The notes beneath the pieces were generated by a model that made no database searches, was not told the origin of the DNA, and saw only the letters and a program-made list of their open reading frames with translations. This document shows, in pieces, positions 1 through 9,656 of a stretch of 42,482 bases of DNA. The stretch spans positions 1 through 42,482 of the forward strand of contig JALWZX010000060.1 of the NCBI GenBank assembly GCA_027002375.1, in the 5' to 3' direction. The DNA comes from a candidate division WWE3 bacterium (GTDB taxonomy: Bacteria > Patescibacteriota > WWE3 > 2-01-FULL-39-13). Position 1 is the first letter of the stretch; every line of letters starts with the position of its first letter. A program made the position numbers and the translations under genes.

Positions 1-61
1 ACATCATAAAGATTAAAAGATTAAATCATTATGAAAAATTTATTTAATATTGTAATTAAAC

Positions 62-1621
62 ATGAGAAATCCATTTAAAAACCCAAGATTCACATTGCTC
101 ATTGTTAGTTTCATTACACTCGTTGGCGTTGTCATCGCATTACCTAAAGTGCCCGTAAATATACACTATAAAAATATAAATATTGACACTACGATTGGTG
201 GTTACAATATAAATTGGTTTGGTGGTCGAGTTCAACGTGATTTAGAATTGAAAAAAGGGTTAGACATTGCTGGTGGTGTTAGTGTATTGCTAAAAGCCGA
301 CATGTCCAAAATTCCAGAAGAAGATAGAACAGAAGCTCTAAAATCATTAAGAGATATAATTGAAAAAAGAGTTAATTTATTGGGAATTTCAGAGGCAAAT
401 GTTCAAACATCAAAAGTTGGTGATGAATATAGAATCATTGTAGAGCTTGCTGGTGTTTTTGATACGACCAAAGCTTTAGATGTAATTGGGCAAGTGGCGC
501 AGTTGGAATTCAAGACAGAAGCTCCAACATCTTATTATGATGCTAAGGAACAGAAAATTTTAGAAGAAAAACCAGAAGATTTTGACGCAGAAAATAAAAA
601 GGCAGAAGAAGAATATAAGAAAGCAATAGATGAAGGTAAAAGTGGTGAAGAACTGGCTGGTATTCCACAACAAAGATATATAGAAATTCCAGATTGGCAA
701 TCTTCAGATCTAACAGGTGCAGATTTAAGAAAAGCATCAGTTGCGTTGAATCAGCAAACTGGTCAACCCGAAATACAATTAGAATTTAATGCAGAAGGCG
801 CAAAAAAGTTTAAAAAACTCACAGAAGAGAACTTAAACAAACGAATTGCAATATTTTTAGACAATCAAATTTTAATGGCTCCAAAAGTAAATTCTGTAAT
901 TGCAGATGGTCATGCTGTTATAACAGGTCAATTTACAGTAGACGAAGCTAAAAACATTGCGACACAATTAAACGCAGGTGCGTTACCAGTTCCTGTTGAA
1001 GTATTAGAACAAAGAACAGTAGGTCCAACACTTGGGCAAGAATCTGTTACAAAAAGTTTAGTCGCTGGTGCAATTGGGTTAGGTCTAGTTATATTATTCA
1101 TGATAGCTTATTACGGTTGGTTAGGTGTTTTCGCAAGTGTATCCCTTATGATATATGGAATTATAACGTTGGCACTTTATAAATTTATACCTGTTGTATT
1201 AACATTGCCGGGATTAGCTGGGTTTGTGTTGTCTATTGGTATGGCTGTAGATGCAAATATTTTAATATTCGAAAGAATAAAAGAAGAATTAAGAGATGGA
1301 AAGCCAAGAGATGTTGCATTTGAAAATGGATTTGGTCGTTCATGGGATTCAATAAGAGATGCAAATGTGGCGACATTAATAACTGCATTCATATTATTTA
1401 ATCCATTCAATTGGAGCTTCTTGCCACAGTCTGGGCCTGTAAGAGGTTTTGCATTAACATTAAGTTTGGGTATATTTATTAGTTTATTTACTGGTGTAAT
1501 AATTACTAGAAACTTAGTAAGAGTTTTTTACAGAAAACCAAAACGACAACATAAGAAGTCAAAACTAGAGCGAGATGTATTAAAAGAAGGCAAAAGCGTT
1601 TCAAAGGAGGAATCAAAATGA
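62..1621 (+). CDS. secD: Protein translocase subunit SecD
   Basis: GLDIAGG motif, LNAGALP, VGPTLG, GMAVDANILIFERIKEE; 6-TM layout; followed by secF. Confidence 0.97.
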   Translation: MRNPFKNPRFTLLIVSFITLVGVVIALPKVPVNIHYKNINIDTTIGGYNINWFGGRVQRDLELKKGLDIAGGVSVLLKADMSKIPEEDRTEALKSLRDIIEKRVNLLGISEANVQTSKVGDEYRIIVELAGVFDTTKALDVIGQVAQLEFKTEAPTSYYDAKEQKILEEKPEDFDAENKKAEEEYKKAIDEGKSGEELAGIPQQRYIEIPDWQSSDLTGADLRKASVALNQQTGQPEIQLEFNAEGAKKFKKLTEENLNKRIAIFLDNQILMAPKVNSVIADGHAVITGQFTVDEAKNIATQLNAGALPVPVEVLEQRTVGPTLGQESVTKSLVAGAIGLGLVILFMIAYYGWLGVFASVSLMIYGIITLALYKFIPVVLTLPGLAGFVLSIGMAVDANILIFERIKEELRDGKPRDVAFENGFGRSWDSIRDANVATLITAFILFNPFNWSFLPQSGPVRGFALTLSLGIFISLFTGVIITRNLVRVFYRKPKRQHKKSKLERDVLKEGKSVSKEESK

Positions 1622-2505
1622 TTAATTTTATGAGATACAAATATGTATACCTTAGTATATCTGCAATCGTTGTTACAATATCGATTATTTCACTAGCATT
1701 ATTTGGGTTAAAACCTGCAATTGATTTTACAGGTGGTGCACTTTTAGAAGTGACTATAAATACTGATAAAACTGTAGATACTGATGAATTAACAAATGAT
1801 ATAACCCAAGCCGAAGGTGTAAATGTTTATGCGATTCAAACAGTAACTGGCCAAAATAACTATATTATCAAGACGACTTATATTGATGAGCCAAAGAAAA
1901 ATGAAATTATAAATAAAATAAAAGAAAAGTATGGTGATAACGTAACAGAATTACGGTTCGAAACAGTTGGCCCAACATTGGGTAAAGAATTATTAATGAA
2001 AACTGGTGTGTCAGTTCTACTTGCATCATTAGCAATACTTTTATACGTAGCACACCAATTTAAAGACAAGTTATATGGAATCTCGGCAATACTTGCAATG
2101 TTTCATGACACTATAATTTTACTAGGCGTATTTTCTTTGCTCGGTCAATTTTACGATGTTGAAGTAGATATGCTATTTGTTACAGCACTTCTTACAACAT
2201 TAAGCTTTAGCGTTCACGATACAATTGTTGTGTTTGACAGAATACGTGAATCTCTAAGGCGTGGCATGCCATTAAGTTTTGAGCAAATAGTGGATAAAGC
2301 AGTTACAGAAACCTTACCAAGATCGTTAAATAATTCACTAACAATAATATTTGTTTTAACAACATTAGCACTTTTAGGTGGTGTTACAGTCAGATGGTTT
2401 GTTGTTGCGTTGCTTGTTGGTACTATTGCAGGTACATATTCATCAACATTCGTAGCATCCCCATTGCTTGTGATTTTTATGAAAAAATTCAGACACAAAA
2501 AATAG
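1618..2505 (+). CDS. secF: Protein translocase subunit SecF
   Basis: IDFTGG, FETVGPTLG, SVHDTIVVFDRIRE, GTYSSTFVA; ATGA overlap with secD; AGGAGG upstream. Confidence 0.97.
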   Translation: MINFMRYKYVYLSISAIVVTISIISLALFGLKPAIDFTGGALLEVTINTDKTVDTDELTNDITQAEGVNVYAIQTVTGQNNYIIKTTYIDEPKKNEIINKIKEKYGDNVTELRFETVGPTLGKELLMKTGVSVLLASLAILLYVAHQFKDKLYGISAILAMFHDTIILLGVFSLLGQFYDVEVDMLFVTALLTTLSFSVHDTIVVFDRIRESLRRGMPLSFEQIVDKAVTETLPRSLNNSLTIIFVLTTLALLGGVTVRWFVVALLVGTIAGTYSSTFVASPLLVIFMKKFRHKK

Positions 2506-2612
2506 CAATCTTAGGGTTCTTTTGACAAATTGTTGATTTCATACTATTATAACTTTGATTTCCACATAAAACATAAATGGTATTTTAGTGAGCAAATCAA
2601 TTAACTAAAATT

Positions 2613-3377
2613 ATGAAAGGAATAATACTAGCAGGTGGCACAGGTTCTAGACTTAGACCTGTTACGTTTGTTGTAAATAAGAACATATTGCCAGTTTACA
2701 ATCAGCCGTCGATATTTTATTCGGTCGATTTATTAAGAACAGCTGGTATAAAAGAAATCGCAATCATCGCAGAGTATCACTATCTAGAAGATTTTATAAC
2801 AATACTAGGTAACGGTACTGATTTTGGCGTGAAACTTGAATATATTAGCGATACACCTTATAAAAAAGGTCCAGCTAGTGCAATATATTATGCTAAAGAT
2901 TTTATTGACGGGGAATTCGTAGCGGTAGTTTTCGCTGATGGCATTTACGATTTAGACATAAGCGAAGATGTCAAAAACTTTTCAGGTGGCGCAGTGGTTT
3001 ATTTAAAAGAAGTTGATAATCCATCACAATTCGGAATTCATGAAATGAATAAAGACGGAAAGATAATTTCGATAGAAGAAAAACCTGAGAGGCCTAAGTC
3101 AAATTTAGCATATACTGGACTAACACTTTATGATGAAAAATTGGTTGATTACATTGAAATGATAAAACCAGGTCCAGGTGGTGAATATTACACCGTAGAT
3201 GTAAACAAAATTTATTTAGAAAGCGGTACATTAGAAGGTAAGGTGATTACTGAATTTTGGCAAGACATAGGAACATTTGATGGTTTACTTTCAGCTAGCA
3301 ACTATATGAAAGAGAGGTCAGAAAAACGGGGGCAGAAAAACATAGAACGAATCTCATTTAAGGATTTCACAATTTGA
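2613..3377 (+). CDS. Sugar-1-phosphate nucleotidyltransferase (RmlA/RfbA-like)
   Basis: MKGIILAGGTGSRLRP, EEKP..PKSNLA, WQDIGT motifs. Confidence 0.9.
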   Translation: MKGIILAGGTGSRLRPVTFVVNKNILPVYNQPSIFYSVDLLRTAGIKEIAIIAEYHYLEDFITILGNGTDFGVKLEYISDTPYKKGPASAIYYAKDFIDGEFVAVVFADGIYDLDISEDVKNFSGGAVVYLKEVDNPSQFGIHEMNKDGKIISIEEKPERPKSNLAYTGLTLYDEKLVDYIEMIKPGPGGEYYTVDVNKIYLESGTLEGKVITEFWQDIGTFDGLLSASNYMKERSEKRGQKNIERISFKDFTI

Positions 3378-3395
3378 TATTCACTTTCCACAACT

Positions 3396-3425
3396 AATGC
3401 TGACTGCGTAAGCTGTCGGCGTCTC
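3396..3425 (-). repeat. Degenerate single-hairpin relative of the first hairpin of the 117-bp repeat
   Basis: Reverse complement gacgccgacagcttacgcagtcagc resembles aacaccgacagtttacgctgttggc at 13802. Confidence 0.5.
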
Positions 3426-3470
3426 ACCGTTTTGTGATAAATAAACATCAACTCCGTTATAATTTATAAT

Positions 3471-4778
3471 ATGGACACTATAAAAATCTTCGGTGGCAAC
3501 CCATTAATTGGTGAAGTTACACCAATACCAAACAAAAATGCGATTCTTTCTGCTTTGCCTGTAGCGATTTTAACAGATAAAACGATAACCTATCATAATG
3601 TTCCAGACACAACTGATGTAAAAATTCTTCTTCAATTATTAGAAAAGCTCGGGGCAGAAATAAACCGTGAAGACTACAACAATTTGACAATTAACTGTAA
3701 AAGTATAAGTTCCACAAAGTTAGATCATGATTTAGGTATTAGAGTTAGAGCCTCCATTATGTTTGCGGGTCCATTACTAGCCAGATTTGGTAGAGCTGAA
3801 ATTCCAATGCCCGGTGGTTGTGTTTTAGGTAAAAGATCTATCTCTGCACATATTGACGTTTTTTCTAAAGTTGGAATTCAAACAGAATTTGGAGACGATT
3901 ATGTAACATTTACAGTTCCACCCAAAATTCAAAAAGAATATCAAATATGGCAATCAGAAGCTAGCGTAACTGCAACAGAAAACCTTGCGATGTACGCATC
4001 TGGTACAGATGCAAAATTTACGCTTGTTGACGCAGCCAGTGAGCCACATGTCACTCAACTCTTAGAATTACTTAACGATATGGGTGCTAATATTAGCGGA
4101 ATTGGTGCAAATCTAATAAAAATTGAAGGTTCTAAATCTTTGAAAAACGCTGAGTATACCCCACAACCAGACTTTGTAGATATAGCTGGGTTAATAGTGG
4201 CTACAGCAATTACAGATGGAAAAGTTAGAATAAAAGGGGCAAATATTTTCGAAACTGTTGGGGGTTTTGTGAATTGGTTTAGAAAATTTAACATACAAAT
4301 TCAGGAAGATGGTGATGACTTGGTTGTAAGTAGAAAGGGTAAACTAAAAATCGACTTAAAAACGTCAGGATTTCCTATGGCAACATCAACTATGCCTAAA
4401 TTCTCGCCAAGACCATGGCCAGGTTTTCCTGTAGATTGCTTGCCACCTGTAGTTACACTTGCAACAAAAACCGAAGGGCAAATTCTAATACAAAATTGGA
4501 TGTATGAGACAGGCTTAGATTTTATAAGAGAACTAAATAAAATGGGGGCAAATATTATGATGTGTGATCCTCAAAAGGTTATTGTAACAGGTCCAACTAA
4601 ATATCGAAAAAGTGAGATTGTAACACCTGCAATTATTCAAGCATGTAAGTCCATTTTTTTGGGAGCACTTTGCGATCCGGTAGAAATCGTTCTGCACGGT
4701 ACAGAAGTGTTAAAGCGTAGATACCCAAACGTTTATGAAGTTTACAGGTCATTGGGTGCAGATATAGAACTCTTATAA
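3471..4778 (+). CDS. murA: UDP-N-acetylglucosamine 1-carboxyvinyltransferase
   Basis: KNA, RASI, PGGCVLGKR (catalytic Cys), SVTATEN, EPHV, PWPGFPVD. Confidence 0.95.
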   Translation: MDTIKIFGGNPLIGEVTPIPNKNAILSALPVAILTDKTITYHNVPDTTDVKILLQLLEKLGAEINREDYNNLTINCKSISSTKLDHDLGIRVRASIMFAGPLLARFGRAEIPMPGGCVLGKRSISAHIDVFSKVGIQTEFGDDYVTFTVPPKIQKEYQIWQSEASVTATENLAMYASGTDAKFTLVDAASEPHVTQLLELLNDMGANISGIGANLIKIEGSKSLKNAEYTPQPDFVDIAGLIVATAITDGKVRIKGANIFETVGGFVNWFRKFNIQIQEDGDDLVVSRKGKLKIDLKTSGFPMATSTMPKFSPRPWPGFPVDCLPPVVTLATKTEGQILIQNWMYETGLDFIRELNKMGANIMMCDPQKVIVTGPTKYRKSEIVTPAIIQACKSIFLGALCDPVEIVLHGTEVLKRRYPNVYEVYRSLGADIELL

Positions 4779-4779
4779 T

Positions 4780-4917
4780 ATGAGAAAATATATTGAAACA
4801 GAAAAAGGTGTCACAGCTAACGATGTAAAAACTATAATCGATAAAGTAAAAAAAGAAGCCTGTGAAAAATTTGGCGTAAAATTGCGAAAAGAAATAATTC
4901 TACTTGGTGAATTCTAG
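4780..4917 (+). pseudogene. murB: 45-codon remnant matching the C-terminus of MurB (internally deleted)
   Basis: Not in the ORF track; MRKYIETEKGVTANDVKTIIDKVKKEACEKFGVKLRKEIILLGEF* resembles the MurB C-terminal ATAxDV...KFGVxLxxEV segment; starts 1 nt after the murA stop. Confidence 0.75.
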
Positions 4918-4998
4918 CTTCTAATGATATTATTCACTAATAATTTGCGATATTAATGGTATAATACAAATATAAATTCGTTTTATGCCCAACTTATT

Positions 4999-6096
4999 AT
5001 GCTAAATTATATACTAATAATTCTACTATCGTTTTTTTTAACCATTTTAATCAGTATCCCTTACATAAAATTACTTTACAAATTCAATATTAGAAGAATA
5101 TCAAAGACAGATTTAGATAGGGTTATGCCAGGTAAAAAAATAAAAATGGGAACTCCTATCATGGGTGGCGCGGTTATAATTTTAACGATAGCGGTGCTAA
5201 CCACTTTATTTTTACGTCATTGGGATTACTTTTATATGATATTAATAGTTTCTATCCTTGGCGCATTTTTGGGCGGTATAGACGAATACACAAATACTCT
5301 TGGTAGAACTATATTGGCCATAAGAAAGAGTAGGCCAAATCCGAAAGAGAGTTTAATAAAAGTTAGTGGTTTTTGGGCTAATATAAAGCACTTCGTTTTA
5401 ATTCCATGGCGTTGGTTTGAAGAATCTTTAAGAATTATGGGAAGTGAACAACGTGGTTTAAAAAGCCATTATAAATTCCTTTTGTACATTTTAATAACAT
5501 TTGTTGTGGTTTATTTCTTAATATCTAACAACCACTTGCCAGTATTCTATTTTCCTTATTTAGGTGCAATTGATTTTGGATGGTTTTATTATGTTATTGT
5601 TATATTTTTATTAATAGGTTTTGCAGTAGCATTTGGAATTACAGATGGATTAGATGGTTTATCAGCAGGAACTCATGCGATTTCTTTCTCAGCATTTGGT
5701 TTGCTAGCCGTATACTTGGGATATAGCGAGATGGCAATGCTCGCTTTCATAATTGTAGGAGCTGAACTAGCTTTTTTGTATTTCAATATTAAACCGGCTC
5801 GAATGGAAATGTCCGATGTGGGCACTTTACCTTTAGGTATGCTATTTGTAATAACATCTATTCTAATATATAGAGAGGTATCACTTTTGTTTATTGGTGC
5901 ACTTTTTATAATCGAAATTTTATCCAGCGTTGGTCAACAATGGTCTGTAAAGCTTAGAAAGAAAAGAATATTATTAGTTGCGCCTATACATCATCATTTT
6001 GAAAAACTAGGTTGGTCAGAAAATAAGGTTGTGGAACGTTTTTGGTTGTTTGCAGTTATTAGCGGTTTAATAGGTATTGCTATTGCATTAATCTAA
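4999..6096 (+). CDS. mraY: Phospho-N-acetylmuramoyl-pentapeptide transferase (atypical MraY)
   Basis: K.GTPIMGG, TDGLDGL, APIHHHFE..GWSE..VV.RFW; multi-TM. Confidence 0.9.
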   Translation: MLNYILIILLSFFLTILISIPYIKLLYKFNIRRISKTDLDRVMPGKKIKMGTPIMGGAVIILTIAVLTTLFLRHWDYFYMILIVSILGAFLGGIDEYTNTLGRTILAIRKSRPNPKESLIKVSGFWANIKHFVLIPWRWFEESLRIMGSEQRGLKSHYKFLLYILITFVVVYFLISNNHLPVFYFPYLGAIDFGWFYYVIVIFLLIGFAVAFGITDGLDGLSAGTHAISFSAFGLLAVYLGYSEMAMLAFIIVGAELAFLYFNIKPARMEMSDVGTLPLGMLFVITSILIYREVSLLFIGALFIIEILSSVGQQWSVKLRKKRILLVAPIHHHFEKLGWSENKVVERFWLFAVISGLIGIAIALI

Positions 6097-6288
6097 ATAA
6101 GTTTGTATAATGTTTTCAACTTTGTTCTATTTAGAAGTATTTTAAATTTAATATAGTTTTAACTTGTTCGCCAGCATTTGCCTTGAACACAGCTAAAACT
6201 AGCGATATGTTTTCTAAAGATGTTATCATATCGCCTATAACCAAGTCCGGTAATTTCGGTAGGTTTAACAATTGCCCAATTTTATATG

Positions 6289-6318
6289 TTGACAACTAGC
6301 AGTTTTATTTGTTATATT
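6289..6318 (+). promoter_or_regulatory. Putative sigma70 promoter of rpoBC
   Basis: TTGACA (6289-6294), 18-nt spacer, TG-n-TATATT (6313-6318). Confidence 0.65.
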
Positions 6319-6437
6319 TACATTCGCGCGCAGCGGCATTAATAACATACATTATGGTGGCGGTCTTTCTAGATCGTCTTTATTTGTATGTAAAAGTATA
6401 CTAGTGAACTTTTATTAATGTTGGTTGTTAATATTAA

Positions 6438-9400
6438 ATGAGAATTGCATTCTCTAAACACAACGTTGATTATTTACCCGTAAATCCAATAAAAATACAA
6501 GTTGATTCATTTAATTGGTTGATAACAGAAGGTATAAATGAAACATTAAATGGTATTGGGGATATTTACGACAGTACTGGTCGTAATTGGGTATTGACGT
6601 TTTCAAACCCTAGAATAGATAAGCCAAACAGAACACCAGATGAAGCTATAAATAAGGGAGTTACTTATGATGCTCCATGGTACATTACAGCTACTATCAA
6701 AAAGAATGGTACAAAGCAAAAGAAGGAAAAAGAAATTTATATGGGTGATTTGCCATTAATGACAGAAGATGGTGTTTTTATTGTTAACGGTGTTCAAAAA
6801 GTAGTTATAAACCAACTTTCACGTGCCCAGGGTGTGTTCTTTGGTTACGACGCTGATAACACAAGTTCAAGACTTTTGCCGAATGCAAAAATATTACCTT
6901 TTACCGGAGCTTGGATAGACTTCGAGACGAATAGGTATGGGGTTTTGACTGTTAAAATTGATAGAAAAAGAAAAATTCCTGTTACTACATTGCTTAGAAT
7001 CTTTGGTTTAGATACAGATGAAAAGATATTAAGAACGTTTGAAAAAGATATAAAAGACGAAACTGACAATATCATTTTGAATACATTAGAAAGAGATGTG
7101 GCAACAAATTATAATGAGGCTGCTTTAGAAATATATAAAAAAATGAGGCCAGGTGAACCATTGGTTGTTGATGCGGCTAAAGCTTTGGTTGACAATATGT
7201 TCTTTAATGTTAAGAGATATAGTTTAGGTAGAGTTGGAAGATTCAAATTAAATAAGAAATTGGGCTCTAATTTCCCAGAAACAGAAGAGTACTTTATTTT
7301 ACAACAAAAAGATGTTGTGGAAATCGTAAGGTATATTGTACATTTGTGGCAAGGTGATGAAGGTTACACGACTGATGATATTGATAGCTTGAAAAATAGA
7401 AGAGTTAGAGCTGTTGGCGAATTGCTACAGTCAGAAATGAGATATGGATTTTACCAATTAGAAAGATTAGCTAGAGAGAAAATGGCATTACAGCCTAGAG
7501 AAGTTTTACCAGATCCGTCGGTTTTAATATCACCGAGGCCAGTATCTTCTAGGGTTATTTCGTTCTTGGCGTCTGGTCAATTATCACAATTATTAGGACA
7601 ATTTAATCCATTAGATTCATTAGATCATAAAAGAAGACTCAGTGTTTTAGGTAAGGGTGGGTTAACAAGAGAGAGAGCAAGTTACGCTGTTAGAGATGCA
7701 CACCCTACACATTATGGAAAAATAGATGCTATAAGAAGTCCAGAGGGTACAAACATAGGATTAGTAACATACCTTGCTTTATACGCAAAGTTAAATGAGT
7801 ATGGTTTCTTAGTAACACCATATGCAAAACTTGAAAAGAAAGGAAACAAAATAAAAATAACAGATGATGTAGAATATCTTGCCACGTATGACGAAGAAAA
7901 ATACAATATCATTGGTGGTGATGTAGAAATAGACGGTAATAATATAGTTTCAGAAAGAGCTCCAATGAGAAGGGGTACAGAGTTTTTCTTAGGGTTTACC
8001 AAAGACGCTGATTATATTGAAATTTCACCACAGCAGATTCTTGGTGTTTCCACAGCACTTATTCCGTTTATTGCAAATGACGATGTCGCTAGAGCATTAA
8101 TAACTGCACAACAATCATCGCAAGCGGTACCATTAATTAAACCTCAAGAACCAATTGTTGGTACTGGTATAGAAGGTTTTATTGCTGATAGCGCTGGATT
8201 AACAGTAAAAGCGCCAGAAGACGGTGTTATTGAATATGCTGATGCTAAAAAGATAATCTTAAAGGGAAAATCTAATACCCATGAACTCAAACTAACTAAT
8301 TTTGTACAGTCTAATAGTGATTCTTGTTACACACAGATACTTAAAGTTAAAAAAGGTACAAAAGTTAAAAAGGGTGACTTGTTAGCAGAAGGTCCTTCAA
8401 GTAACAATGGTGAATTGGCGTTAGGAGTAAACTTAAGAGTTGCCTTTATGAGTTATGAAGGTTTTAACTATGAAGATGCATTTATAATTTCAGATAGAAT
8501 ATTAAAAGAAGATTTGTTATCTTCTGTTAATATTTCTGATTATAGTATTAAAGTATTGGAAACAAAATTGGGGCCAGAAGAATTAACTGCAGACATACCA
8601 AATGTGTCAGAGTCAGCATTGAGAAATTTAGATGAAGATGGAATAGTAACAATAGGGTCGCATGTGAAGTCAGGTGACATTCTTGTTGGTAAAATTGCGC
8701 CTAAGGGTCAATCAGAATTATCCGCTGAAGAAAGATTGTTAAGAGCAGTATTTGGCGAAAGAGTAAAAGATGTTAAGGACAATTCGCGTAGATTGCCTCA
8801 TGGTAGATCAGGCGTTGTTATTGATGTCCAGGTTTTAACACCTAAAGACAAAGAACAAATGGCCAAAGGTGTTATAAAAGAAGTTACAATCAAAGTTGCT
8901 GAGTTCAGAAGAATATCTGTCGGTGATAAGTTGTCTGGTAGGCATGGGCAAAAAGGTGTTATTGCTAAAATTGCACCAGTTGAAGATATGCCACATATGG
9001 CAGATGGTACTCCAGTCGACGTTATAATTTCCCCATCATCAGTTTTAGGACGTATGAATATGGGAAACATACTAGAAACACATCTTGGGTGGGTCGGTGG
9101 TTTAACCGGTAAAAAATATGCAATATTACCTTTTAGAAAAGTTACTAGACGCGAAATTAAAAAAGAATTAAAGAGTGCAGGCTTGCCAGAAGACGGAAAA
9201 GTTTATTTATACGATGGTAGAACCGGTGAAAAAATGGAACAAAAGGTAACTGTAGGTAACATTTATGTATTCAAATTACATCACATGGCAGAAGAGAAAA
9301 TTCATGCTCGTTCAACAGGCCCTTACTCGTTAATAACACAACAGCCATTGGGTGGTAAGGCTCAGATGGGTGGTCAAAGGTTTGGTGAAATGGAAGTGTG

Positions 9401-9656
9401 GGCATTAGAAGCATATGGTGCCGCAAATATTTTAAATGAAATGTTAACGATAAAGTCTGATGATATTAAAGGTAGGTATATGGCATTTCAAGCTATAATC
9501 AAGGGGCTCAAGATTCCAGAGCCACATATACCTGAATCATTTAAATTATTGGTTAGACAATTAAACGGATTGTGTTTGTCTATAACACCAATTATTTACG
9601 ATGAAAATAAGAAAATGCTTATCGAAAGTTCCTTAGTTAGTAAGGAGGATCTATAA
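6438..9656 (+). CDS. rpoB: RNA polymerase beta subunit (compact, divergent)
   Basis: HPTHYG, PEGTNIGL, GDKLSGRHGQKG, HARSTGPYSLITQQPLGGKAQMGGQRFGEME. Confidence 0.99.
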   Translation: MRIAFSKHNVDYLPVNPIKIQVDSFNWLITEGINETLNGIGDIYDSTGRNWVLTFSNPRIDKPNRTPDEAINKGVTYDAPWYITATIKKNGTKQKKEKEIYMGDLPLMTEDGVFIVNGVQKVVINQLSRAQGVFFGYDADNTSSRLLPNAKILPFTGAWIDFETNRYGVLTVKIDRKRKIPVTTLLRIFGLDTDEKILRTFEKDIKDETDNIILNTLERDVATNYNEAALEIYKKMRPGEPLVVDAAKALVDNMFFNVKRYSLGRVGRFKLNKKLGSNFPETEEYFILQQKDVVEIVRYIVHLWQGDEGYTTDDIDSLKNRRVRAVGELLQSEMRYGFYQLERLAREKMALQPREVLPDPSVLISPRPVSSRVISFLASGQLSQLLGQFNPLDSLDHKRRLSVLGKGGLTRERASYAVRDAHPTHYGKIDAIRSPEGTNIGLVTYLALYAKLNEYGFLVTPYAKLEKKGNKIKITDDVEYLATYDEEKYNIIGGDVEIDGNNIVSERAPMRRGTEFFLGFTKDADYIEISPQQILGVSTALIPFIANDDVARALITAQQSSQAVPLIKPQEPIVGTGIEGFIADSAGLTVKAPEDGVIEYADAKKIILKGKSNTHELKLTNFVQSNSDSCYTQILKVKKGTKVKKGDLLAEGPSSNNGELALGVNLRVAFMSYEGFNYEDAFIISDRILKEDLLSSVNISDYSIKVLETKLGPEELTADIPNVSESALRNLDEDGIVTIGSHVKSGDILVGKIAPKGQSELSAEERLLRAVFGERVKDVKDNSRRLPHGRSGVVIDVQVLTPKDKEQMAKGVIKEVTIKVAEFRRISVGDKLSGRHGQKGVIAKIAPVEDMPHMADGTPVDVIISPSSVLGRMNMGNILETHLGWVGGLTGKKYAILPFRKVTRREIKKELKSAGLPEDGKVYLYDGRTGEKMEQKVTVGNIYVFKLHHMAEEKIHARSTGPYSLITQQPLGGKAQMGGQRFGEMEVWALEAYGAANILNEMLTIKSDDIKGRYMAFQAIIKGLKIPEPHIPESFKLLVRQLNGLCLSITPIIYDENKKMLIESSLVSKEDL

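Noticed and set aside
3805-3840. Fosfomycin-resistant MurA
   Set aside because: The catalytic Cys is retained (PGGCVLGKR), not replaced by Asp
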